Shown: piece by piece, positions 47,672-58,041 of the stretch
Layout: each line of letters opens with the position of its first letter
Position numbering within the stretch: the stretch's first letter is position 1
Assembly: GCA_003558085.1 (NCBI GenBank)
Contig: PWMT01000127.1
Span: forward strand, 1-64,000
Reading direction: 5' to 3'
Length of the DNA stretch: 64,000 nucleotides
From: Methanobacteriaceae archaeon
GTDB taxonomy: Archaea; Methanobacteriota; Methanobacteria; Methanobacteriales; Methanobacteriaceae
Notes under the pieces: model-generated
What the model saw: the letters and a program-made list of their open reading frames with translations, nothing else
The model's database searches: none
What the model was told of the DNA's origin: nothing
Program-made: the position numbers and the translations under genes

Positions 47672-48205
47672 TTATTTTCTTAAAATATTATTATGGACTA
47701 TATTTACTCCTTCATTGGTTAATATTTCTTTTTTCATATCAACACCTCCCTTATAATCACCTAAACTCCCATCTGATTTTATTACACGATGGCAGGGTAT
47801 AATTATAGGTAACGGGTTTTGATTTAAGGCATTTCCAACTGCTCGATAACCCTTAGACCTTAAAGAATGAGCTATTTCTTTATAACTGCGCACTTCTCCT
47901 CTAGGAATGCTACAAACTTTTTCTAAAACCCTTGATTTAAAATTTTTACCAGAAAGTGGATTTAGCTTAAAATAAACTTTTTTACCAAAATAAGCTTTCC
48001 CCAGATTTTCTGCCTCTTTTATATAATAGGGGCTTATTCTTAATTTTTCTCTTGTAGAGATATCATTTAAAGCAGCTTCCTCTTCTTTTCGTCCTAAACT
48101 GCTTCCAATAATCTTGGAATTTTGTATTGCCACGGCAAAATATAATTCTTGGAACTTGCAAATAGAAACCACTATTTTTTTTGAATTTGAAAACATATTA
48201 CCCAC
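47672..48205 (-). CDS. ogt: Methylated-DNA--protein-cysteine methyltransferase
   Basis: IPRGEVRSY, RAVGNAL..NP, IPCHRV active site. Confidence 0.92.
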   Translation of the reverse strand: MGNMFSNSKKIVVSICKFQELYFAVAIQNSKIIGSSLGRKEEEAALNDISTREKLRISPYYIKEAENLGKAYFGKKVYFKLNPLSGKNFKSRVLEKVCSIPRGEVRSYKEIAHSLRSKGYRAVGNALNQNPLPIIIPCHRVIKSDGSLGDYKGGVDMKKEILTNEGVNIVHNNILRK

Positions 48206-48280
48206 AATTTTTGCTGTAAATTATTGATCCTTTTTTACCTAATGCTCTTTTATTAAAAAAAATTATAATTGCTATCAAAA

Positions 48281-50848
48281 CTAAATAACTTGGTTTGCAA
48301 TTTCAAGGGCAAATTCTTCACCATAAATTGGGCTCAAATTAAAGTAAATACTCAAATAGGATTTTAAAGGATTTATATCCTGCTTAATATTTTGTCTAGT
48401 AAGGTAGTCTAAGGTGAGTTGGGCTGCATCTCCATCACCAGCTACACTATGAATATAAATAGTGTCTGCATAATGATGGATTGCATAAGGTTGAGGAGTA
48501 CCATCATCTTCAAATACTCCTCTTAAATTTTGCCTGCTTTTCAAATAAGCAGAACCTTTTTCAATAGCATTCAACACCTTTTCATCTTCACTAGACTGAT
48601 AATAAAGAGATAGTCCCTTTAATATCCCAATATTTTGATAGGAATAATCACTCCAAGATCCGTCATTGCGCTGTCTTAATAGTAAATCGTTAATGATTTT
48701 TTCTTTATTATCCGGGTTCATACCACTAACCAGGGCATTGGTTTTGAGACTTAGAAAGTCATCTTCAAATATTCCAGGAGTATCTTCGGGTCTATTAGAT
48801 ATATTAATATTACTTTCACTAGTTTGTGATTGAACAAAGTTTAAGCCACTCTGGATTATTTCATTATTATTTTGATCAGATTCTAGGTTCAACAGGGGAT
48901 AAATTGTTTCCATAGTACCTAAAGTATATTCTCCAGGAGGAGTACCAGATGGAAAGGATCCGCTAGGCATTTGTTTATACTCCAACCAGTTAAGTAGATA
49001 CTGGGATCGTTCCAAAATTTCCGGATCATTAGTTTGATCATAAATATAGTCAAATAAATTTACTATCTGAGCATTTAATGCATAATCGCCCTTAAAACTA
49101 CCTCCAAATTCTAAATCCATGATCTGGTCTCTGAAATAATTACCTCCAGCATCAGAGTAAGAATATCCATTCCAGAATTTTTCTATAAATTGTATTGTGG
49201 GGGAATATTTTTCATTATCCGGAATGTTTAAGGTACTCTCTGGTGCCTCCAGTGGGGGATCAGCATTATATTCATATACTGCCGTATCTCCAGTAATATA
49301 AGCTGTTTGAAAATGATTACTTGAGGGTAAATAATTTAATAAACCATATCTGGCTCCCGTCATGGTATACATCATTCTGGTTACATAAACGTAGCTTATA
49401 TCATATTTTTCCAGTAAAAAATAGGATTCACTGGGTTGTGAAGTACCAAAGATTGTATTAACATCATTTTGGGTAAGAATAGCTTCTTCTACTGTTGGAG
49501 GATCTCCCATAAATCCTTGGTATACAATTTTCCATAAAAGAACATCCCTCCTATGGGTGTTCCCTATTAAAAGATATGCATCATCACGCATGGTCAAGAA
49601 TATAGCATCTGTAGGTGTATTCATATTGATCCATTCAAAGGTTTCCACTTCCTGGCTGCTAGGTTGAACTACTAAGGAATAGGCACTAAAGGCACCTTGA
49701 GCAACAGGGGTTAAAACTAGCATGAAGATAATAAAAGTTTTCACGCCTTTATTTATATTCAAATTCCCCCAGTTAAAACTATATTTTTGAAAAATGTGAT
49801 TTACTTTGGGCAATATCATTTTTGAAAACACATAACCTCCCATTAAACTTAAAGCTACAGCAGAGTATGGATCTCTGAATCTAAAGGAATAACTTCCTAT
49901 TAATAAAAAAATCACCCCCCAAAGGGCTAAGAATTTATAGAGGGGGTTTTTAGATTTTATGAAGATAATGGCCCCGTAAATACCAAAAATTAATTGAAAC
50001 ACTCCAACCCATTTAGGGAATCCTAAGACACTTACCGGTACGATTTGCAAACGGGCAAAATAGGACCAGACATCTAAAAAATATAATAATAAAACTAGAA
50101 TAGTAATTATTATACTAGCTTCTAATGGTTTTTTACGTATAGATGGAATGCTCAAGGTGAAGATTAAAATCAGCACAGCTAGGCCAAGAAATATCCATCC
50201 CCTATGATTTAAGAGGTAAAGTAGCCATAAAAAACCTGCCAGTATTAAATATTTATAATCTCCTTTGAAAATATTCCAAAAACCCTTCAAAGCAAAAGTA
50301 TCCAGGTTTTCGTATCCAGGAATACTTTTAACGTATTTTACTATTAAAAATAGTATGCTCACCAGCAATAGCATCCCCAATGATTCTGGAATAAATACAG
50401 AGGTACGGGTTAGAAAAGAAGGTGCAAATGCAAATAATAAGGTGGATAATAGGGAGATTCTTTTATCCATGAATATTTGTTGAGATAGATGATAAAATAC
50501 ATAAATAGTGAAAACCCCTAAGAGAGGAGGCCATAAAAAAAATACTAGATCGCTCTGAAAGATATTATAAAGTATGGTAGCAATTATATGATAAAGAGGG
50601 GGATAAGAATAGGATTCTAATCCCATTAAGGTAATCGGGTCCCTTGATATTATTCCAAAGCCTTCTTCAACAATACGCATGACGATATCATAATGTAGAT
50701 AGGCATCTCTACCAGCAAAAGCCAGATTTCTACTGGGTATTAGCCGGATAAGAAAAGCTGCAATTAGAATAAAACTAAGATAATATCTCTCTATTTTAGT
50801 TGAAACTTTACTGAAATTAAAGCACTTATTTGAAGTAAATTTTTTCAT
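48281..50848 (-). CDS. STT3/AglB-like GT-C membrane protein fused to a C-terminal alpha/alpha-toroid (prenyltransferase/squalene-cyclase-like) domain
   Basis: DAYLH and YPPLYH; about 12 TM segments; FEWINMNTP..AIFLT and LLEKYDISYVYV; C-terminal QMPSGSF, QRNDGSW and QNLRGVF repeats. Confidence 0.6.
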   Translation of the reverse strand: MKKFTSNKCFNFSKVSTKIERYYLSFILIAAFLIRLIPSRNLAFAGRDAYLHYDIVMRIVEEGFGIISRDPITLMGLESYSYPPLYHIIATILYNIFQSDLVFFLWPPLLGVFTIYVFYHLSQQIFMDKRISLLSTLLFAFAPSFLTRTSVFIPESLGMLLLVSILFLIVKYVKSIPGYENLDTFALKGFWNIFKGDYKYLILAGFLWLLYLLNHRGWIFLGLAVLILIFTLSIPSIRKKPLEASIIITILVLLLYFLDVWSYFARLQIVPVSVLGFPKWVGVFQLIFGIYGAIIFIKSKNPLYKFLALWGVIFLLIGSYSFRFRDPYSAVALSLMGGYVFSKMILPKVNHIFQKYSFNWGNLNINKGVKTFIIFMLVLTPVAQGAFSAYSLVVQPSSQEVETFEWINMNTPTDAIFLTMRDDAYLLIGNTHRRDVLLWKIVYQGFMGDPPTVEEAILTQNDVNTIFGTSQPSESYFLLEKYDISYVYVTRMMYTMTGARYGLLNYLPSSNHFQTAYITGDTAVYEYNADPPLEAPESTLNIPDNEKYSPTIQFIEKFWNGYSYSDAGGNYFRDQIMDLEFGGSFKGDYALNAQIVNLFDYIYDQTNDPEILERSQYLLNWLEYKQMPSGSFPSGTPPGEYTLGTMETIYPLLNLESDQNNNEIIQSGLNFVQSQTSESNINISNRPEDTPGIFEDDFLSLKTNALVSGMNPDNKEKIINDLLLRQRNDGSWSDYSYQNIGILKGLSLYYQSSEDEKVLNAIEKGSAYLKSRQNLRGVFEDDGTPQPYAIHHYADTIYIHSVAGDGDAAQLTLDYLTRQNIKQDINPLKSYLSIYFNLSPIYGEEFALEIANQVI

Positions 50849-51041
50849 CAGTTCACCGAATTTTGATATTTAATTGTAATAGGCGTTTTCTTAGATTATT
50901 AATTTATATTATCAGAAGATTTATATTATGGGAAGATAATTAGTACCTCAATTACATTATTTTATCTTTAATTCCATTAGTTATTTAACATCATCATAAA
51001 GCTAGAATCATTATTAAATTAATTTTTAAAATCAGTGTAAA

Positions 51042-52190
51042 TTATAATATATTTTTCAAGGATTTAAAAAGTTTAGGAAACCCAAGGGCTAACTTCCAAA
51101 GAGATAGGGTAGATAATGATTCCACATCATTTTTATTAAAGAATTGGATTAGTTTATTTAAATCCTGGTCATTAAGTTTATCAAAAATCTGGCGATATTT
51201 AAAGGATCGTTCTAGATTTTTACTTATTTTTTGCTGCCATTCTTGTTCATATTGTTGTAGATAATCAGCACTTAAATCTTCATTTTTAATGGCCTCAGCA
51301 GCTATTTCACCAGCCAATTTAGAACAAATACTTGCTAAATGTATTCCCCCTCCAGTAATCGGATCCACTTGACCTGCAGCATCTCCAGTTATCAAAATCC
51401 CATTACCATAGGTTTTATTGGAAGGACCGCATACAGGAACCGCTCCTACATTTAATTCAATTTTAGTAGCATTAAACCGGGAAATAAATTTTTCTAAATA
51501 ATGAATGGCTGCTTTTTCGGTATTTCTAACACCTACTCCTACGTTGGCTCTTTGCTCTCCTTTAGGAAAAATCCATACATATCCTCCTGGCGCTATTTTT
51601 GATCCAAAAAAGAATTCCATCATTGAACTTTCAACATCCAAACCCACCATTTCATATTGGGCGCATGAAACTAAGTCTATGGGCTCATAACCATGGTTTA
51701 ACTGAGCAATTCTAGCTATTTGGGACTCTATTCCATCAGCACCTATAACCACTTGCGCCGGTATTTCAATTAATTTTCCCTGATTGCGGGCGATGACTCC
51801 TTCAACTCGTCCTTTATTTATTATTAAATCTTTTACATGTGTTTTAAGCATTATGTCTGTACCTGCTTCAGCACTTTTCATGGCTAATGATTTATCTAGC
51901 ATTTTACGCTCTAAAATATATCCATGTAAGATTTCATTGGTGCTGGTAAAATAATCTCCTTGAGGAGAATGTAATTTAGCTCCTTTAATTTTAGAGCAAA
52001 TTATATCCGGGGATAATTTTATCTCCAGCGTATCTAAAAAAGATTTACTAACTCCACCAGCACATTGAACAGGAGTACCTATTTCCTGATGTTTTTCAAT
52101 CATTAAGACATTCATATCATTTTTAGATGCATAAAGGGAGGCTATTGATCCAGAAACACGACCACCTACCACTACTATATCATATTTCAT
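51042..52190 (-). CDS. Digeranylgeranylglycerophospholipid reductase (GGR family)
   Basis: FAD-binding N-terminus, PVQCAGG, APGGYVWIFPKG, GDAAGQVDPITGGGI. Confidence 0.9.
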   Translation of the reverse strand: MKYDIVVVGGRVSGSIASLYASKNDMNVLMIEKHQEIGTPVQCAGGVSKSFLDTLEIKLSPDIICSKIKGAKLHSPQGDYFTSTNEILHGYILERKMLDKSLAMKSAEAGTDIMLKTHVKDLIINKGRVEGVIARNQGKLIEIPAQVVIGADGIESQIARIAQLNHGYEPIDLVSCAQYEMVGLDVESSMMEFFFGSKIAPGGYVWIFPKGEQRANVGVGVRNTEKAAIHYLEKFISRFNATKIELNVGAVPVCGPSNKTYGNGILITGDAAGQVDPITGGGIHLASICSKLAGEIAAEAIKNEDLSADYLQQYEQEWQQKISKNLERSFKYRQIFDKLNDQDLNKLIQFFNKNDVESLSTLSLWKLALGFPKLFKSLKNIL

Positions 52191-52359
52191 CCGCTAACTC
52201 TCCTTTGATTGCCCCCATGGGACATACCCTCACACATCTTTGGCAAGTGTTGCATCCGTGTTTTTTATGGATTTTAAATTCAAAAAGTTGTAGGAGATTT
52301 AAGGGGCATACAGTTACACAGGCTCCACAGTAACCACATAATTCTTCTTCAAATATCAC
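52180..52359 (-). CDS. 2x[4Fe-4S] ferredoxin (59 aa), probable GGR electron donor
   Basis: Not in ORF track. GTG start; CGYCGACVTVCP...CNTCQRCVRVCP; overlaps the GGR start. Confidence 0.9.
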   Translation of the reverse strand: MIFEEELCGYCGACVTVCPLNLLQLFEFKIHKKHGCNTCQRCVRVCPMGAIKGELADEI

Positions 52360-52507
52360 TTAACCACCCAAAATTACAATATTTAAAAAAGATATATAAT
52401 TTATCTAATTTTTAATAAATATATAATTATTATATCCGCTTTTTCTATAAAAATAAACTATTTTAACCGTTAAGTTAATATAGGATATAATACAACTAAC
52501 GTTAGTA

Positions 52508-52591
<84 letters not shown>

Positions 52592-52735
52592 CTTAAAATA
52601 AGTTATTCGTTATTTAAGATATTACTATTACTATTTATATACTTAAAACCTGTTAAGATCATATTTATAGGATAAAGTATATATGTTGGGGTTAATAAAA
52701 TCAGTCAAAATCTTAGAATAAATATTTATTATAAG

Positions 52736-52808
52736 GCCTTAGTGGCTCAGGCGGTAGAGCGATGCCTTGGTAAGGCATAGGTCGGGGGTTCGAATCCCCC
52801 CTAAGGCT
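52736..52808 (+). tRNA. tRNA-Thr (anticodon GGT)
   Basis: GCCTTAG/CTAAGGC acceptor stem, ATGCC-TTGGTAA-GGCAT anticodon arm, GTTCGAATCC. Confidence 0.97.
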
Positions 52809-53036
52809 TCAAGTTATATATTCAATTTAATAAGTTATTTATCAATAATGATAATTAATTTCTTTTGTTTATTCTGTTCTAGTTTGATTTAAAGAAATAA
52901 ATTATAACAGACATGATTTGTTCCTAAATTAGGAATATAAATACCTAATCTAAGAATTTATATAGTAGAATTATAAATTATAAATATAAACTAAATTCCA
53001 TTTTTACATTAGAATTATTAATTATAAGGGGATAAA

Positions 53037-53672
53037 ATGAGTAAATTTTTCGATATTATCATGGCTGGCTTAATCTCTGGAATCGTGGCCTTTACCACTA
53101 CTAAAATAGGGATAGCGGGAACTATTTTAGGCGCTGTTTTTTGGTCGGTGCTTTATCAGATCATGTCCCATTACGTAAAAGAACCTCTGCAGAAAGCTGA
53201 AACTAAAAAAATAGAAAGTAAGATTGTTTATATGATACCGCTAGCATTGATCATTTTCGTGGAGATAATATATTTACTTAAACCCATTTATCTGGAACCC
53301 CAGCAGATATTTTATTTTTTACAGGGGGCGACTAATTGGAATCTTTTTAGATCTATTGGAACTGGATTACTTTTAATGGGAATATATCCAATTATTCAAC
53401 CTGAAAATATAGATAGAAAATATGGTTATATACTTTTAAGTCTGGGAATAGTTATTTTGCTTCGAGGATTTATAGATGTCAGTTCCCGTTTCGTGGACCT
53501 ATATTCTTTTATCTTCTTTGAATTAGGTACCTACATAACCATAATGATTATTCTAGTATTATCGTATGTAATAATTTCATTAGTTAAGGACTCTTTAATT
53601 ATGGGGACTAAACAAAATTCCCATGATGAAGAAAAACAGCATCATAAGCTCTCTACTGAAGAACTAAAATAG
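53037..53672 (+). CDS. Hypothetical integral membrane protein
   Basis: About 6 hydrophobic segments; GGGGA SD; no motif recognised. Confidence 0.7.
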   Translation: MSKFFDIIMAGLISGIVAFTTTKIGIAGTILGAVFWSVLYQIMSHYVKEPLQKAETKKIESKIVYMIPLALIIFVEIIYLLKPIYLEPQQIFYFLQGATNWNLFRSIGTGLLLMGIYPIIQPENIDRKYGYILLSLGIVILLRGFIDVSSRFVDLYSFIFFELGTYITIMIILVLSYVIISLVKDSLIMGTKQNSHDEEKQHHKLSTEELK

Positions 53673-53789
53673 AAAGTGAGTTATGCTTCTTTAGTCGATA
53701 ATTAAATTTAGGGCTCTTTAGTAAATTATTCGGTTGATATTACCTAGATAATTAGCTTGCTATTAATCGAGTAAATAATTGGGGGTTTA

Positions 53790-54722
53790 ATGATAAAAAA
53801 GAATAAAAACAATACCTTAAAAGATGTATTAGATATTATAGTTTATGAAAATCCCTCCACACAGGACGAAATAGCTGAAAAACTGGGAATTACTCGAAGA
53901 TATGTGACTAAACTTCTCCAACCTATGGTAAAGAAGGGAGTAGTTCGCCGAGCATATATACTTGATTTAAAAAAATATGATGAATTCTCGGAAATGTTTG
54001 AAGAAGAGAAAACTTCTCGAGAGTATGCTGGCAGTTACTTGATAAAAGATATGTTGAAAAATATGTATGATCACGTTTCCAAAGAATTAGAAACCTCTTT
54101 CCAGGCTTTAATCAATCACAAAAAAGATCAGGCGAATGAAGCTCTAAAAATGGATTTTATAACCAACAACATGTTGGAAAAGGTGCGATCATCGATAGAA
54201 ACCACTATTACTATTAATCCTTATTCTGAATTTAGTAAAACCATGATATTTGGTGAAATAGCTTTTGCTTTGGAACGTATTGGGGATCACTCCGGTATTA
54301 TAGCCAACTTCACTATGCAGGAATCTTATGAAGTGGAAAGTGAAATGTTGGCCTATCTAAAAGATATGTATAAAACTGCTCAAAAAATGATTTATTGGTC
54401 CATGGATGCCTTCTTGAATGAAAAATTAAAGTTGAAACCGGAAATAATGCACTCTGAAGATAAAATGCATCAAATCCAAAAAAAAGCATTAAATTGTATA
54501 GCCACACAAATGGCTGAAACTCCTTTTGAAGATAAAGATCGTTCTACTTATTATCTATCGCTTTCTAGGGTTGTAAAAGCATTTGAAAGGATTGGAGACA
54601 TTTCTTTAGAAATAATTGATACCGCTGGTGAATTTTATCATAATATCCCTCGAACTACCACTCCTGAAAGATTTCGAAGAAGAGAATTGAAATTGGAAAA
54701 AGACTTGGGAAAAATGCATTAG
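53790..54722 (+). CDS. HTH-PhoU phosphate regulator
   Basis: N-terminal HTH (TQDEIAEKLGITRRYV) plus two PhoU repeats (LERIGDH, FERIGD); directly upstream of pst genes. Confidence 0.85.
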   Translation: MIKKNKNNTLKDVLDIIVYENPSTQDEIAEKLGITRRYVTKLLQPMVKKGVVRRAYILDLKKYDEFSEMFEEEKTSREYAGSYLIKDMLKNMYDHVSKELETSFQALINHKKDQANEALKMDFITNNMLEKVRSSIETTITINPYSEFSKTMIFGEIAFALERIGDHSGIIANFTMQESYEVESEMLAYLKDMYKTAQKMIYWSMDAFLNEKLKLKPEIMHSEDKMHQIQKKALNCIATQMAETPFEDKDRSTYYLSLSRVVKAFERIGDISLEIIDTAGEFYHNIPRTTTPERFRRRELKLEKDLGKMH

Positions 54723-55058
54723 TTAATTTTCATCTTTAATATTGGTTAAAAAACTTCTAAACATGAAATTTTTTTAATTTTCCTATGATTCACTAGCCAT
54801 AATTATTTTAGTTTAAGATAATATTTTGAAACGATTGTGAATAATTTTATTTTGTAGTGTATTTTCTCTTGCATTATCTTAATTTTTCCTTTTTTCTACT
54901 TCATTTTTTATTTAAAGATTTCGTAGTTCATATTAGTTGATTAATTGTTTTCTAATTTTCAACCTCCAAAACATCTTTAGTTCACTAAATGTGTCTTAAT
55001 ATACCTAAATAGTAACATTTAAATAGTATCTGGACTATTTATGGGTGAGGTGATAAAA

Positions 55059-55877
55059 ATGGACACCAAATACATCATCGGAATAATAATTGCTATAGTG
55101 ATTATAGCAGGAGCTATTTTCCTCATAGGAGGAGAAGAAAGTGAAACCACCAACATAGATATAGTGGGTTCCACTTCAGTACAACCAGTTGCAGAAGGTT
55201 TATCTGAAGAATACATGCAATCACATCCTCAGGTGAGAATCAATGTTCAAGGCGGAGGTTCTAGCGTGGGTATTAAAAGTGCTCAAGATGGAATTGCAGA
55301 TATAGGGACCAGCTCTAAAGAATTAGACGAAAATGAACAAGAAGGATTAACCATATACGGGTTTGCTAAAGATGGTATTGTAGTTGCAGTTAACAATGAA
55401 AATCAGATTAGTGATTTAACCGTAGATCAAATACAGGCTATTTTTAGTGGTGAGATTACCAACTGGGGCGAAGTTGGGGGAAGCGATGGCACCATTAATG
55501 TAGTTACTCGTGAAGATGGTTCTGGAACTTTAGACGCATTTAATGATATAGTAATGGATGCTGAAACTAAAATCAAAGCAGATGCTATCGTACAAAGCTC
55601 TACTGAGGCGGTTAAACAATCTGTTGCCCAAGATCCCAATGGTATAGGATTCATCTCCTATGCTAGTATGAGTGACGATGTCAAAGCATTAGCTGTTAAT
55701 GGAGTGGAAATATCAGAGGACACCATAGCTGATGGCAGTTACCTATTACAAAGACCATTTTTCTTTATAATTAAAGGTCAAGCCCAGGGTGCAGTTAAAG
55801 AATTCATTGACTTTGTATTTAGTTCAGAAGGAGCAGAAATAATTAAAAGTGAGAATCTGGTACCTGTTGAGCAATAA
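55059..55877 (+). CDS. pstS: Phosphate ABC substrate-binding protein (copy 1)
   Basis: GSTSVQP, QGGGSSVG, REDGSGT, Y.LQRPF; start set at ATG 55059 after GAGGTGA. Confidence 0.93.
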   Translation: MDTKYIIGIIIAIVIIAGAIFLIGGEESETTNIDIVGSTSVQPVAEGLSEEYMQSHPQVRINVQGGGSSVGIKSAQDGIADIGTSSKELDENEQEGLTIYGFAKDGIVVAVNNENQISDLTVDQIQAIFSGEITNWGEVGGSDGTINVVTREDGSGTLDAFNDIVMDAETKIKADAIVQSSTEAVKQSVAQDPNGIGFISYASMSDDVKALAVNGVEISEDTIADGSYLLQRPFFFIIKGQAQGAVKEFIDFVFSSEGAEIIKSENLVPVEQ

Positions 55878-55896
55878 AATCTTTTAGAAATGAAGC

Positions 55897-55917
55897 TTAT
55901 GTGTTTATAACACATAA
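55897..55917. terminator. Perfect 9-bp inverted repeat after pstS copy 1 (terminator or mRNA-stabilising hairpin)
   Basis: TTATGTGTT-TAT-AACACATAA followed by a T tract. Confidence 0.5.
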
Positions 55918-56077
55918 CTATAATTTTTTAAAACAAAGACCATTTTATTTTTGATCTATTATTTGTTACTACTTAGATCACTCTTATCTTTAAAATAATA
56001 TTTTTTAGTGGTTAATTATTTAGGAGCAATGAAACTTTAAATAGGGTGAAGTTGAATTACTTCACAGTGGTGAAGGC

Positions 56078-56905
56078 ATGGACTTTAAGTATAAAATCAT
56101 AGTAATTGTTATCTTACTAAGCATTACAGGCTATTTGTTGGTTAATCCTGGATCAGATTATGAAAGGATACAGATTGCAGGATCTACCTCTGTTCAACCT
56201 GTAGCAGAACAATTAGCCCAAGAATATATGAAAACTAATTCTGGGGTGAAAATTAATGTTCAAGGTGGAGGTTCAGGACTAGGTATTCGCAGTACCCAGC
56301 AGGAAATAATAGAAATTGGAACCACATCTAAAGCATTAAGTGCAGAAGAACAAGAAGGTTTGAAAGAGTATATAATAGGAAAAGAAGGCATTGTTATCGC
56401 CATTAATAAAGAAAATATAGTAAGTGATTTAACTCTAACTCAAATTAGAGATATCTTCAGTGGTAAGATTACTAATTGGAAAGATGTAGGTGGTGCTAAT
56501 CAGCAAATAAATGTGATAATTAGGGAAGAAGGATCTGGTACCCGCACTGCATTTGAGGAGATAGTAATGGGTGAAGATAGCATAAGATCGGATTCTATTG
56601 TTCAAAGTTCTACAGAAATGGTTAAACAGGCAGTTATACAGGATCCAAATGCCGTAGGTGTGGTTTCATTTGCTTTTCTAGGGGATGAGGTCAAGGCTTT
56701 AAAAGTTGAGGGGGTAGCTCCTTCAGAACAGACTATTGCCTTGGAACTCTATACTCTCCAAAGACCCTTTATTTTTTTGGTTAAAGGAGAACCAGAGGGT
56801 GCTTTAAGGGAATTCTTAAGATGGGTTTACAGTAAAGAAGGACAGGATGTTATTCGTGGTGAAAAAATAGTTCCATTTATTGCCAACGTGTCTGATGATG
56901 TATAA
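56078..56905 (+). CDS. pstS: Phosphate ABC substrate-binding protein (copy 2)
   Basis: GSTSVQP, QGGGSGLG, REEGSGT, LQRPF. Confidence 0.93.
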   Translation: MDFKYKIIVIVILLSITGYLLVNPGSDYERIQIAGSTSVQPVAEQLAQEYMKTNSGVKINVQGGGSGLGIRSTQQEIIEIGTTSKALSAEEQEGLKEYIIGKEGIVIAINKENIVSDLTLTQIRDIFSGKITNWKDVGGANQQINVIIREEGSGTRTAFEEIVMGEDSIRSDSIVQSSTEMVKQAVIQDPNAVGVVSFAFLGDEVKALKVEGVAPSEQTIALELYTLQRPFIFLVKGEPEGALREFLRWVYSKEGQDVIRGEKIVPFIANVSDDV

Positions 56906-57068
56906 TGAAATTATCTATTAATGAATTATATTATAACATCTAAAAAGTCGCATTCAGTTATAAATGATAGGTCATGATACCAAAGTTTAACAAGTAGCTA
57001 GTTAAAATAAATTTTTTTATCCTTCATTTTTTAATAATTTTAGCACTCAATATTAAGGGAGGCGAATC

Positions 57069-57944
57069 ATGAATAATAGCTTACAGGAATATTTAATCGA
57101 AAAAGGTTTGTTCATAACCGCCATATCTTCCATTCTGGTCATTATTTTAATAATAATCTTCATTTTCCTTGAAGGTCTACCTGCCATGGAAAGTTATGGA
57201 TTTTTAAATTTTATATTTGGTTCTCTTTGGGCTCCTACACAAGGAGAATTTGGTGTTTTAACCATGATTGTAGGATCCTTAGGCATCACATTACTGTCTT
57301 TAGTTATGGCCATTCCTTTATCACTTTTTTGTGCTATTTTTATGGCGGAAATTGCTCCCTCAAATATGAGAAAAATATTAAAACCCGTTATTGAGACCTT
57401 GGCAGGCATACCTTCGGTTGTCTACGGATTTTTTGGCTTGATAACACTGGTTCCTTTCATGAGAGAACAATTTGGTGGAACTGGATTCAGCATGCTCACT
57501 GCTTCTATAATTTTAACGGTGATGATCCTTCCTACCATAATCAGTGTATCTGAAGATGCCATCCGATCCATACCCTCTGAATATAAAGAAGCATCCCTGG
57601 CTTTAGGTGCTACCCAATGGCAAACTATTCAAAATGTCATTTTTCCAGCAGCACTTCCTGGAATAATAACTGCCATAATTTTAGGCATGGGACGAGCGAT
57701 TGGAGAAACATTAGCAGTAATTATGGTCGCCGGTAATGTTACTCAATATCCAACATCTTTAGTAGATCCAGTGAGAGCTTTAACCGCTAATATTGCTATA
57801 GAAATGGGATATGCTACTGGATTACATTATAATGCTTTATTTGGAACTGCGATTGTTTTATTTTTCATGATCGTGTTTTTACTCATCATAGCTAATTACT
57901 TGCAGTATAAAAAGAAGGTAGTTATTGGAGGGGGGTATCTATAA
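57069..57944 (+). CDS. pstC: Phosphate ABC permease PstC
   Basis: [32 protein letters not shown]. Confidence 0.95.
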   Translation: MNNSLQEYLIEKGLFITAISSILVIILIIIFIFLEGLPAMESYGFLNFIFGSLWAPTQGEFGVLTMIVGSLGITLLSLVMAIPLSLFCAIFMAEIAPSNMRKILKPVIETLAGIPSVVYGFFGLITLVPFMREQFGGTGFSMLTASIILTVMILPTIISVSEDAIRSIPSEYKEASLALGATQWQTIQNVIFPAALPGIITAIILGMGRAIGETLAVIMVAGNVTQYPTSLVDPVRALTANIAIEMGYATGLHYNALFGTAIVLFFMIVFLLIIANYLQYKKKVVIGGGYL

Positions 57945-58041
57945 TTAGTTACTCCAACCCATTTTCTCCATTCTTTAGAGAAAATATTTTCATCTATACG
58001 ATAATTCCAAGATTGAAGGGATTATTCCAGGAGGATTACAG

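Noticed and set aside
55059-56905. Tandem pstS duplication as a novelty
   Set aside because: Multiple pstS copies are common in methanogen pst loci
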